NCBI GenBank assembly: GCA_964016885.1
Contig: CAXHJY010001304.1
Location: 1 to 64,000 of the forward strand
Direction of reading: 5' to 3'
From: Eledone cirrhosa
Taxonomy: Eukaryota
Length of the DNA stretch: 64,000 nt
Position numbers and translations under genes: made by a program. Shown one piece after another: positions 16,276 through 28,615 of this stretch. Every line of letters starts with the position of its first letter. The first letter of the stretch is position 1. Below the pieces are notes generated by a model, which saw only the letters and a list, made by a program, of their open reading frames with translations, made no database searches and was not told where the DNA came from.

Positions 16276-16955
16276 TAATGTTTCTTGCCAAGGATTCTCC
16301 AGCCTCAAGCTATATTCTCCTATTTGCCGGTTTAAAAATTTACCACGTAAATTTGCCGTTGAAAACTGCGCATTTATTCAGAATGCTTATTTCTTTGGTC
16401 GCTGGCCTCTTGACCCTTCCAGGTCAACGCATTCTCAACATCGAATACGCTCACTCCGTGAGACAACATCAACAACAACAACACAGCTTCATCAACAACC
16501 AAAACCAGCAGAACAAGCCAGAGAATTTATTTTTGCAGCACTCTTCCTGTGAGAAATTCCCTTCGGAGGTTGGAAATTTCACGTTATACCACAGACCAGA
16601 AACCACCTGCATACATTCTCTGGAACACACTTTCTTTCCTGCTGTCATGTGATTGCACACCTGTGAACTGTATTTTGAACATTTGAACTTTGACCTCTTC
16701 TTTTACTTTGATTACATTGTATCTTTGAGTGATGGATAGATAGATGTCCAGTCGTTCTCTGGCCAAGAGCGGTTGGCTACCTTGATATCTATCATTGATT
16801 TTTGCATGAATATATTTTGCTGTTTTCCTTTTATTGCAAACATTATTTTTTTTCGTAATTTTCATGCCTGGACTTTGGTGTTACAGCATGCTTGCCATCT
16901 TACTTCATACATGGTTCATTCGATTTTTATGTTTTAAAAATCTGGCGGGAGATAA

Positions 16956-17361
16956 TGTAGCAAGAGTTGCCTCCCTTGTTGTGACGATCACATCACCAAT
17001 AGATTAACGCTCTCTAGACAGGAAGTAGCTGGAGTTACTTCCCGTTGGGGTGGCAGAACCCTTTTTGTCACTTCCATCTTGAGACCCTATAAAAGGGATA
17101 CTGAAAGCGATCTCTCTCTCATTTGCCCTTTCGGCTGCTGGCCTTCGACCAGGCGCGTTCGCCGAGTCTCTACTCTCTGGCAACCCTAACATGGTCTCTT
17201 GCGAGCTAACTTCAAAACGGTAACAAATAACTTTACTTCATATTTCATCTACTCTTGACATGTCAACAATTCTATACTACATAACTTCAACTTGTTAATT
17301 AAACTTTATATACACAACCGAGCATCTTTGTTATATTCATACACACCAGTATTTTGTTATA
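16956..17361 (+). repeat. 3' LTR (406 bp)
   Basis: Runs TGTAGCAAGAG...TTTTGTTATA, preceded by a polypurine tract and followed by TSD GGCT. Confidence 0.93.
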
Positions 17362-17979
17362 GGCTCCTATCAGAAGAAACCGTCACCGAATCATCATTTT
17401 TCTTACCTGTTGTACAAACCTGGCTGGACACACAACACTGCACAAACATTCTAAAAGTTCTATAGAGTTATGAAATAATACATATGAATAAGCCATAGAT
17501 GACGAACATCATTAAGTAATGTCAGTTTCATGAGGAGATAAAACGCCTCCATACTTTTGAAGGGAAAAAAAAAAAAAAGTGAGTATAAATCCTGGAAAAC
17601 TAAGTCCGGTAATGAAAAAAAAAAAAAAAATCACAAGGGATTGACACTCCAAATTCACTATTCTCCTTTTACTTTGCTCCACTTTTCAAATTAAATGACA
17701 CGGCGGTTCAGTTATATTCAAATATTGTAAGCGCGTGCATTGAGAATATCGTTACATTGTTTGCGAAAATGTAAAACAAATCTTTATATCCCAGACAGAA
17801 ATGTTGACTTTTATTTCTAGATACTTTTTTTATATAATTGTCTGCTGGTGGATTTTGTATTTTGCTCTATGTCGTCACCATTAACAAGAGGAAGGCAACG
17901 ACGACAACAGTGTCATTAACAACAACAACTCTACCATTAACAAGAGGAAGCCAGCCACTAGGTCCTATGACAAACTGCT

Positions 17980-20900
17980 CAGTTGCTCGCATGTGTGCGT
18001 GCTGAACTCTGGGTCTTTCCACTGGGAACAACCCCTTGTTTTCTCCCCCCCCCTCTTTTTTTGTGTACATCCATCCATTCACTCATTCATTTACTGCCAT
18101 TCTACCTTCCTGTGTCTCCCCCTCCATGCAGCCTCTTTTCGCTCTCATTTTCTGGCACCTCCATATATATAGGTGAGCTCTGCGCCCTCTTACCAGCACT
18201 TTCCCTTCCACCCACACACACCAGCCACCCACCCCTGATGCCGCTCGGTGCCTCAGTCCCCAGCCCCACGCCCCATCCCCCACCCCTCCAAATCGACACC
18301 TGCAGCACTTGCGGCACCACTAACAAACGGAAGAGGGGCCGGAACTGTTTGGGGTGCAGCTGCTTCCACCACCTCACCTGCGTTGGCTTAACTCGTCGAG
18401 CTTCCAATGCCCTCGCAGCGTGGAGGTCCAGGAGCTGCTTCTTCCCCACGTCTTCCCAGCCACGGCCGTCTGGCACACCACCAGATGGGACAGCGACCTT
18501 GCCTGACGCCCAAGCCTCACTGGTCAACATCGCTCGGCTCAGGTGGCTCCGGAAGATCCCATTCACGATCCCGAGAGCGGCACGGGTGCCAGTAGCCGAT
18601 GCCCTCGCTTCCTCAATTGAGAGCGCCCTGGACTCCAATTGAGCCAGTGACTGGGAGTAGCTGTTCTATTTCACCCCACTCGCCCTTGGCCTCCCCAGTT
18701 CTGGCGTTAACCAGGGCAGCCGGTCATCAGCAGCCTTCGTCAAGGCCAATGTCTCGTCATTTGGGCGAGCGCCCATTCCAAGCGTGCCCAGGGACGCCAC
18801 ACACCCCACCTTCAGGTACCCCCTATCCTCCACCCCCGAGGCCAGCGCCAAGCGTTTGCGTGACCAGGTAAACGCAAAGCTTATCATGGGTGATGTCTCG
18901 GCCGCAGTCAGAGCTGTTGCCTCAGAGGACACTGTCCTCCAACCCACCGAGGAGGTCCTGGCTGCTCCTCGGCTCAAACACCCTGAACCACCCACTGATC
19001 TCAGACCCATACCCCCACCCGACCCCCACCTGCTCCTTGTGGCTACTGATGCAGATATCATGTCTGCCATCAAGTCCTTCGCAGCTAGCAGCTGCGGAGG
19101 TGTTGATGGTCTCCGACCAGGCCACCTCAAGCAGTTGACATCGCCCCTCTCTGCTGGCCGGGCGCCGCCTTCTGAGTGCAATTGTGGCGCTCACCAATAG
19201 GCTCATTCATGGTGCCCTCCACCCTTACACCCGAGGCCTCTTTTTTTCGGCCAGCCTCACCGCTCTCAGGAAGAAAGAGGGTGGCATACGCCCCATTGCT
19301 GTGGGCAATGTCTTCCGGAGGCTGGCTGCCAAGGTGATCTGCAAGTCTGTCACACACGAACTGGGTGAGGAGTTTAGTCCGGTGCAACTGGGTGTCGACG
19401 TGTCCGGTGGATGTGAGGGAGCCGCTCATGCAATCAGGCAGTTCTTCAGCAGCTGCCCATCGGTACCGGCATCCAGGGACTCCAGGCACCTCATTGTCAA
19501 GCTTGACATGAGGAATGCCTTTAACTTTTACGCCGGGATCATCTGCTTGAGGCCTGCCTCACCCGAGCCCCCCTCTGCCTACCCGCTGGCCTACCTGTCA
19601 TACGGAGCCCCAAGCATGCTCCTTGCTGCTGATACGGTCATACCATCGGCTACTGGGGTCCAACAGGGCGACTCTTTGGGACCCCTCCTGTTCGCCCTTG
19701 GTATTGACGACATCGTCTGGAGTATCACGGCTCCTCTCAACGTTTGGTGTCTGGATGATGCTACGTTGGGCGGGCCCGTATGGACGGTCTGCCAAGACCT
19801 TCAATCGGTGATTCCTGCCCTGGCAGGAATCGGCCTCCAGGTCAACTCGGCCAAGTTGGAGGTGGTGAACGTCAGCCTCGATGCTGCGAGCTTTGCAGCC
19901 TCCACCTTGGACATGCGGTCCATTCTCTGCCAGGTTCAGGTGACCCCCAAAGAGGATGTCCTGATCCTCGGGTCACCGATCCACCCGCCCGGCCATCCAC
20001 TCCACCATCAGGTCCAGGCTTCAACAACTCCAGACTCTCACGAGTCGACTGGGCTTCATTGACGGCCACCCAGCTCTCTTTCTTCTGAGGAACTGCTTCG
20101 CCATGCCAAAGCTCCTCTATACACTCCGCAGAGCTCCATGCTACACCCAGACATCTCTCCTTGCTGACCTCGATACTTGTATCTGAGCAGCAGCCGAGGG
20201 GATATGCAATGTTAAGTTTGACGACATAGGGTGGCGATAGGTCACTTTACCGGTCAGGTATCGTGGCCTTGGCCTCCAGTCCCCGATCTCACTAGCTTTG
20301 CCGGTGTATCTTTCGTCGGTAACCTCATGCCGCGTCCTCGTCAGCAGGGTTCTTCAAAACACAACAGAACCCTCTGTGTCCAGAGAACGTGAGGCCGCCT
20401 GTGAGACGTGGAACCAGCTGGGACTTAGCCCAGTAGACATCCCTCCTCCTTCTCCCCCTGTTGACGTCAAGTACCCCCAATGCACTTGGGATGCCATCCA
20501 GTGCAGCTTGGCATCAGACAGGCTCACGCACCAGCTCGACCAGCACCGCCTTGCTTGTTTTCGTGCGGCCTCCAAACCCCACAGTGGTACCTGGCTCCAT
20601 GCCCTGCCCTCCTTCTCCACTGGCACGCAGCTAGACAACCATAGCCTGCGAATCGGCGTTTCCCTGAGGCACGGCTTCCGGATCTGACAGCCACACCAAT
20701 GTCACTGCGGTTCCACCATGGACTCTTTCGGCCTCCACCCGCTTTCCTGTCGCCACAGTGCCGGCCGCATTCCACGCCATGCTGCCCTCAATGAGGTCAT
20801 TAAGCATGGCTTGGACGCTGCAGGCTTCCCTTCCCAGCCCGAGCCGGTGGGGCTGGATTGAGGGGATGGCAAAAGGCCAGATGGCATGACCATCTTCCTG

Positions 20901-21320
20901 TTCCGCGGTGGCAAACCCCCTCATCTGGGATGCCACTTGCACCGACACTTTCTGCAGCCGCAACCTGGTGCAGTCTGCGACTGACCCAGGTTCTGCTGCA
21001 CATCGGGCTGAGGAGGCCAAACTCCTCAAATACCGGTCGCTCTCCAACAGGTTTGCAGTCGTTCCCCTGGCAGTGGAGACTTCTGGTGTCCTCGGCCCCA
21101 GGGCTACCTCCATTACTCACCACCATAGGCGCTGAGCTGGCCAGCTGCAGGTGTGAGCCCCGCGAGTTGGAGTGGCTTTTCCAGCGTGTCTCCCTTGCCG
21201 TCCTCCGGGGAAACGCCTTCTCCATTCTGTCTGCCGGGGCTGTGGGTGGGCCCCATCGCATACCAATACATTAGTTAAATACCATTCTTTCATCTGATAC
21301 AACACAATAAAGACTAAAAT
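17980..21320 (+). mobile_element. CRE-clade non-LTR retrotransposon (PHD-like finger, RT, CCHC knuckle, restriction-like endonuclease), frameshifted
   Basis: GGVDGLRPGHLK, GGIRPIAVGNVFRRL, QLGV...GGCEGAAHA, KLDMRNAFN, GVQQGDSLGPLLF, CLDD, RHAALNEVI, GKRPDGMT..GKPLIWDATCTDT, PLAVETSG, QRVSLAVLRGNA. Coding region about 18238-21274; AATAAA at about 21307. Both ends approximate; no TSD found. Confidence 0.85.
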
Positions 21321-21987
21321 GTTGTTTTGTTTTTTTTTTAAATTTATGTTGAAGTCAAAAAAAAAAAAATGATATCCCCTACATATGATAGTGCTCAGCC
21401 TTTTGATATTTCATAGGAACTCTGCGTACAAAATAAAATCAAAACTATATTTTAAAGAAAACAAACCTGCTTTGGGTGAACTATTCATTCTCCCCTGCTA
21501 CTGTATTTGTGACCATATCAATGGAAAAATACATGATAAATGTTCATAGTTGTAGTTGCTTGAGAGCAAGTTGTCTATGATCAATCTTAATTTCATGTAA
21601 ATTACATCCAAATTAACAATATATACAAATAGGATAGCACCTTCGATTTATAAAAATGTCTCTGTCATTAGTCTGGTTTTGATTTCAAAATCATTTGGGA
21701 TTTAAAACAATAATTTAAAAACTGCTAATCCTAGTAGACATCAGCCTACTAAGATTGGCTGTTGGTATCTCTTAACAAAAACTGCTCTATGTGAATGCAC
21801 TAGCCCTCTACTTCTTCTTGGTCCAGTACATATAGCTATAGAAGAGTTATTTAGAGAAAGTAAAGCTTTAAACAGCATGACTATTATGTTAGTAATTGTG
21901 TATTTTCTTAGTTCACTCTCCCATTGATAAACATTTGTGATGGACTGGTATCCAATCTAAAAGAAAATATAGCTCTCAGCAGCTTAA

Positions 21988-22198
21988 CCCTTTAGCATTT
22001 ACATTACTCTATATATATTATTGTATTTTGTGGTAAAGACTTTATCTTACATAATTATCTCACATAATATTGAATCTATGAGATTTTGACATTATTTATT
22101 TTGAGAACAATACCTCAACCTCAGTATGAGTGGCTGGTCATAACCAGTTTGAACAGAAAGAGATGAGAGAATTCTGGCCAGGTATGACCGGTTTTAAA
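21988..22198 (+). mobile_element. piggyBac-type MITE, right end decayed
   Basis: Left end TTAA+CCCTTTAGCATTTA; interior matches the copies at 58664 and 60743. Confidence 0.75.
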
Positions 22199-23569
22199 GC
22201 CTTGAAAACAAAATTAACGTTTACTACACCATGAGACCGACCGTTCAGATATAATGGTGGATAGAAAGGAAAATAAAAGGAGTAAACATATTTTGAGAAT
22301 ATGCACTAAATTTCATATTTCAGAGTAGCAGTGAAAGGAGAAAAACACACCATTAGGGTTCCTAAGTAATAAAGACTTTTTTAATTTGTATATTTAAAGG
22401 CTGCAAGTGTAAAGGATAGCGAACACTATATTAGCAGCCGTATCTAGATAGTGATAGTATGGGTTATGCAGATCAAGTTTGCCTCTGTTTGATAACTTCC
22501 CAACTGTGCACTTCATTAACGAGGTGGGTCACTTCTATTTACACAGCTGATATAACACTGTATTTTAGAGTATGTTTAGGTAAATGCCTTATGCTTGGAA
22601 TCACAAGCTATTCATATACGTAACCATTAAACTAGATGTAAAACTTTACCCAGAATTGGAAAAGGACACAGATAACTCCTCACTTCCTATTCACTCTCTT
22701 TCCTGCCATTTACATTTTTTAGTTTTATTTTCTCTTTACATTTTCTTTTAGTACTAACCTTAATTTTTCTCTTTCATATATTTCTTTAAATTTTTTTTTT
22801 TACAAACACTATTTTTTGTCTAATTTTGTTGAATGCTCAAAACATTATGTATTTTCTTAACAGGTCAAAATGTTCTGCCATCATCATCGTCTTACCAACA
22901 CCATTTAATGTCTATTTTCCATGCTTGCATGGGTTAGATGGGTTGATACGTTATGAAACAAGTCAGGTCAAGTGACCAAGTCTTCCTCATATGGAACTGT
23001 TTATATAACTGCCAATAAAATGCAAATTATAAAAAAATATTTAAATTAAAGGGAAAACTAACATTGTAAAAAGAAACAACAAAAAGCATATTGAGAAAGT
23101 AAGAAAATTACTGCAATTTACAAAGTATTCTAGCCGATAATTTAAGCTGAAACAATGTAACTTAAACAAAAGAAAAGTATTTAAAGTATTTCTTATCAAC
23201 TCATATCAAATCCAAAGATGCTCATTTGTCAAATATCACCATATCGCTTATGAAGATTTCTATTTTTAAATGACTCAAATTGAATTAAATTTGTTGCATT
23301 ATGAAAAACAAAATTGATTTGAGCTCTCAATAAAGATGCCAAACCCTTGACTATATTAAGCGAACTAATTTCCAATTTAAAATAAAATTGAACTTACTCC
23401 AAATTTGGGTTCAAATTTAAATAACCTACTAAAATTAGTTAAGTTAAATATTAGAACATTTGAATATTTAAAAAAAATATTGCTTTTATCTTTGTTTTTC
23501 AGGATTTAATAAAATATTTCTTATTTTTTTAGATATAGTAATATTCATAACAATTATTAACAGTTGAGT

Positions 23570-24900
23570 GAAGAACTGGTTTAGATCAGATACCATCTAA
23601 GTTGCTGAAGCTGAAGTACTGTAACATTACTGATAAACTGTGGAACAGCTGCTGGAAACATCAAAAGAGTGGACAGGTATGATAATCAAACTGGTGAAGA
23701 AAAGAAATAAGCCAATTGTAATCATTGATGTAAAGTTACATTGTTGTCAGCTGTGAGCAAAGTTTTTTGCAGCATGGTACTATGGTGACTTTGTGACAAT
23801 GTTGATGCAAGACTATGGGAAGAACAGGCAAAATTCAGACAAGAGTGATCATGCTGTGAACAAATCTTCATAATATCATTGAAGTGTCTACAGTTCCAGT
23901 GAGCATATTGTCAATAAATTTATTGACTTCAAAAAGGCATTCAACAGCATTTATCAAGATTCCTTACAGAGCATTGCAAAAGTATGGGATCTTGAAGCAC
24001 TACATTGCAAACATTTAGAAATATTTATCCTAAGTCCAGTGTCTGTTTGGAGACAGAAAATTAAAACACTTGATACTGTAATATCACCACTAAAGTTCAT
24101 CAGGGTTGCATCCTATCACAAGTGATTTTATTATTTTAAAAAAAGCAGTCAGTAGCAATAGATATAGCATCTAGTGAAAAGATCAGAAATAATTTGATGA
24201 TATTGCACTGTTGGGAGAATCTAGAGATAGTAGCTGTTTTGGTAGCTGAGTGATGTAGTGAAGAGAATGAAGGCCATGGAATTCAGCCAAGGAATAAAGA
24301 AAACCACCTTCATTGTTTGAAAACAGGCTGTCAAAAATGTGAGTTGATTTGGGTACTATGATAATGGCCTGTGTGATGATGGAGATGCTGGAACCAATAA
24401 CAAATGCAAAATTGGAAAATCAACAGCAATATTTCAGCAAATGCACAAAATCTCGTCCATAAATACACTAGACACCAATATCAAGATCTGCCTGAACAAT
24501 GTATCTTAATGCCAACAACACTATATGCAAGTGAAATGTGTAAGAAAACTCTGAAAATCACCTTTTTCCAAGGTGCTTCAGGAAAATTTTGTCCCATGAT
24601 CATATTAGTATTGAGAAAGTCTTAAGAAGAATCATTGCAGAGACTCCAAGAGAGGGTGGAGAACTGAAGAATGTGACTGGCTGGTTTCATTCTGCAGCAG
24701 CCAGATCATCAATATGCAAAACCAGCAATAAGATGGATAACAATAGAAGGAAAGAGACACGGGAGACCCTGAGCCACATAGCATGAAACCTTTCAACCTT
24801 TTAGGAGGAGCTGAAGGTTGTGAACAGACACTAAGAAAACTGAAGAATACACAACCAATGAAGAACACTGGAGAACTGCTACTCAACATGCAAACATGTA
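23570..24900 (+). pseudogene. Heavily decayed RTE-like LINE RT region
   Basis: Traces of VTLLSAVSKVF, EEQAKFRQ..SCCEQIF, FIDFKKAF, VHQGCILS, FDDIALL, TLYASE; many stops. Confidence 0.7.
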
Positions 24901-25184
24901 AAGGAAAGACTGACTGATAAAAACAAACAGTTGTTATATTTAATTAAAATCATGTTTATATTCAATTATTCATAATCAACAGATAAACAAACTTGTTGAG
25001 AGATTATAAGTTAGGCTATATTCTATATAGAACCCAGAAGAGAAATATGAAGTTGGCTTTTCTTTTTCTTTTCTTTTTTCTTTTTCCAAAAGTTTTATTA
25101 ATGTGCTTGAGGCAAATTCCACTATCTGATATTGAGACCTACATAGTTAGGGACTTACTTGCTTCAAGAAGGGGAGGGATATAA

Positions 25185-26480
25185 TACTGATTCCTAATTT
25201 AGGCACAAGGCTAACCATTTGCAAGGAGGGGGTAAAGTAAGTTACATCAACCCCAGTGCTTGACAGGTACATTATTTATTGATCCTGGAAAGCTGAAAGG
25301 TAAAGTTAACCTCAATGAGATTTGAAATCAGAATGTAAATAGTCAGAACAAATACTGCAAAGCATTTGTCCGGTGGTCTGACGGTTCTGTCAATCCATTA
25401 TTCTATAGGAGATAAAATAATGTTTTCTAACATGATAATACTATAATGCAATAATGTTATAAAAAGTGAGGGTAGTGAGTGTGTGTGTGCTGGTCTTCCA
25501 TCTGACAAAAAGTGTTCTGACAACGACTGTTCCAGCTGTTTGAACAATGGAACAGTCTGCTCATAAAATTAATGTGCAATTGGCTGAGCATTCCACATGT
25601 GTACCCATAATGTAGCTCTCAGGGATTTTCAGTGTGGCACAGTGTGTGACAAGGCTGACCCTTTGAATTACAAGTACAACTCATTTTTACAAGCTTAGTG
25701 CACTTTCACTAAGTGGCAGTGTCATTACAACATTAAACAAAATGCCTTGTGGCATTTAGTTAAGGCCCTTTACATTTTGAGTTCACATCGTGTTTAGGTC
25801 AACCGTGCCTTTCATATTTTTGGGGTCAATAAAATAAGCTGCCCATCAACTACTGGTGTTAATACAACCAACTATACCACTAACCCAAATTTGAGGCCTT
25901 TTGATCATAAGGCAACAAATCATTTGAATTGAAACTCAATATAATACTAGTACTTATTTTAGCAATTCTAGTGAGTTGAATAGCAAATCAATCCAAGTGA
26001 AAATGGAATTTAGAATGTAAAAAGACAAAATTAAATCCTGCAACAGACTTTATCCAGGGCTCTACTGATTCTGTCATCCATCACTTTCCTTTGAGAATAC
26101 TAGCAAACACAAGATAATCGGAGAGCCTCTATGCAAACACTTTCCATGCTAGAAATAGCAATCAAATCTCCCTCAAATAATACTCTACCATCTTATAAAG
26201 TATGGCAGTAGATTGGCAGATTTGTTAGAGCCTCAGATAGAATGCTTTGCAGTACTCATTCTAACACTCTGCATGCTGAGTCCAAATTTCATCTTTCATC
26301 CTTGTTGGATTGATAACAAAAAATGTACCAGTCCAGTACTGTGGTTGATCTTGCCCCTATATATTTTTCTCACACCCTCAATATCAATCCCTCTCCCCTT
26401 TTCTGGAAAAAAAATCAGCTGTGTTCAAACCTAAAAAAATGGGCTCTGCCATGTTTAAAATACCTAAGAAACACTGTGTG
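25185..26480. mobile_element. Cluster of old SINE copies in both orientations, including a second SINE family at about 25490-25700
   Basis: Degenerate TTAGGCACAAGGC, AAAGTTAACCTC..GATTTGAA..CAGAA and GCCTTTCAT...GTCAATAAAATAAG motifs. Confidence 0.65.
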
Positions 26481-26677
26481 CCACTATGGTGCCCTTACAA
26501 CTCTGTCAAGAGTTCTGGGTCCATATATGCCTGCATACATTGGATAACATAGTCTAAGATACACTGGACTAGCAAAACCAAAAAAGAATGGAATGTTCAT
26601 AGTTGGAATGTCTTTGATCATAGGCCCCTTTGCCCAGTCTGACATGTTGCTGATCAACAATAACAACATAATAGTAA

Positions 26678-26824
26678 TAATTGTTTCTACTTTAGGAACA
26701 AGGCCAGCAATTACTCAGTACATTACTAGTACTTTATTTTATCGACCCCCGTAAGGATGAAAGGCAAAGTTAACCTCGGCGGGATTTGAACTCAAACCGT
26801 AAAGGGACGTAACTATGCTAGACA
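26678..26824 (-). mobile_element. Young SINE copy
   Basis: Reverse complement of the 13014 family (TTATCGACCCCCGTAAGGATGAAAGGCAAAGTTAACCTCGGCGGGATTTGAACTC). Confidence 0.88.
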
Positions 26825-26984
26825 TAACAGTAATAATAAAAGCTGGCAATAGATTAATATGTCGAAGGACAGCCATAGAATTGACAACATTACCAACTGT
26901 AGTAATCGTTTGTCTCTGCCCACTCTGAAACACTTCATAAACAAGCAGTAGCAGCAGCAGTTTTCCTGATATACATTTATTTAA

Positions 26985-27153
26985 TAGAGGGTCGGACGCC
27001 ATGCTTTGACGCATAGAGTTACGGCCCTTGCCATTCTGAGTTCAAATCCCGCCGAGGTTAACTTTGCCTTTCATCCTTACGGGGTCGATAAAATAAAGTA
27101 CCAGTAATACACTGGGTAATTTCTGGCCTTGTGCCAAACGTAGAAACAATTAT
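26985..27153 (+). mobile_element. Young SINE copy
   Basis: GAGTTCAAATCCCGCCGAGGTTAACTTTGCCTTTCATCCTTACGGGGTCGATAAAA. Confidence 0.88.
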
Positions 27154-28544
27154 TTATAAAAATTGGATGAAAACATAATTTAAATTCTTTGTGGGCTTTT
27201 TTTTTAAATTTTAAATCACAACAAATATTTCATGAATGTATTATTAAATGTTAACATCCTGTAAGGATTTAGTAGCAAGTATGTGAAAATGGGTTTATTC
27301 AAATGTTTATATAATTTGAAAATTTTCAGTATTAGAGTAAAGATTTTAATTTTTAATGTAATGCAGACATAGTGATGCTTTGTATTTTTCAAGAATGTCC
27401 TGCTAAAGTGGTTTCATGTAGTACAGGACATTATCAGTTAAATTAAAGCTGTTCAAAGAATACATTTCCAGACATTGAATATTAATTTAGCCAAATTTTT
27501 ACAAACAGTGTCAGATGAAGCCTTCTCAGATGTTATTTTCTTTTCTGTTTATATCTTATCTATTTAATATCAAAATGCATACTCAGTATACAGAAATATT
27601 ATATTTCATTAGTTTCAATTGGTAATTAGATTTGAAGCATTTTCACTTCTATAACATGAGTCTTTATTTGTCTAGATTGGAATTGAAATTTTAAGAGTAT
27701 CTAAAATTATTATGCACCCCAAAATGGATTAGACAATTTGATAAGCATGCAATAAGCAACAAAGCATATTTTTAGAAAACTTTAATAAATTCTAGAGACT
27801 TTATATGTAATTTTCTAAAATGTATCTTAAAAAAAAAAATCATTATCCTTCCAATAATTTTCACTTCATAAATCTTATCAAAAGAATATGTATTTGCAAT
27901 AGCCAAGTTGATAAGTTATCTAACTTCTCAGTCGAACAATTGTAAGTGCATATCTGGTTACTGATACTATTGTTTTTTGTTATTATTGTTATTGAACTTC
28001 CTTGATCAGCTTTGCTGGAACATAAAAATTGATGTTGCAGTGAGCAGTTTTATTGGATTGAAATATGACTTTGTTGAGAGTATATATTTTTCAATGTCAT
28101 GTAGTGTTCTATAGTAGAGTTGCTTAGTGCTATAGAGAATACATAAGTTTGCTGTGCATTTTTGGCATGATTAACATGTTAATTTGCCAAAGAGAACATC
28201 TACAGCTATCAATATCTTAAGACCTCGATATATCTGAATCTGGGTCTAGGTCCAATGTTTCATGGAATTATTTTAGTTTAGTTGGTTATTGGTTTATGCC
28301 TCCAAGATATGATCCTATTGATATATTTTGACTATGAACAAAGCCAACTGAGAATAATATCGACAAATTTACCCCAGTATATTATAGCAAATTTTTTAAC
28401 TTCTTGAACCCAAAGAGATAGTAAACAAATTTGACTTCAGTGAGATTTCAACACAAAACTGAATTAGTACTATCCTATGGAACAAACCCTGACAGATGTG
28501 GGCCTGGCCTTGAGGTCTCTGGTTACCCAGTGCTCCATTGGAAC

Positions 28545-28615
28545 AGAAGAAGAAGAAGAAGGAGGAGGAGGAGGAGGAGGAGGAGGAGGAGGAGGAGGAG
28601 GAGGAGAAGAAGAAG
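28545..28615. repeat. (GAA)n(GGA)n polypurine microsatellite
   Basis: Read directly from the sequence. Confidence 0.95.

Larger units (their letters stand above)
15033..17361 (+). mobile_element. Non-autonomous LTR retrotransposon (Gypsy, probably CsRn1-type partner)
   Basis: Two near-identical LTRs; 4-bp TSD GGCT (15029-15032 and 17362-17365); PBS TGGTGACCCC; PPT GGCGGGAGATAA; 1.56-kb interior with no recognisable gag or pol. Confidence 0.9.

Noticed and set aside
16278-16652. 124-aa ORF as gag of the LTR element
   Set aside because: No capsid or knuckle motif; the Q/N runs come from CAA repeats.
17983-21305. GC-rich island as bacterial contamination or a cluster of small genes
   Set aside because: The plus-strand pieces join into one CRE retrotransposon polyprotein; the other ORFs are GC-rich shadow frames.
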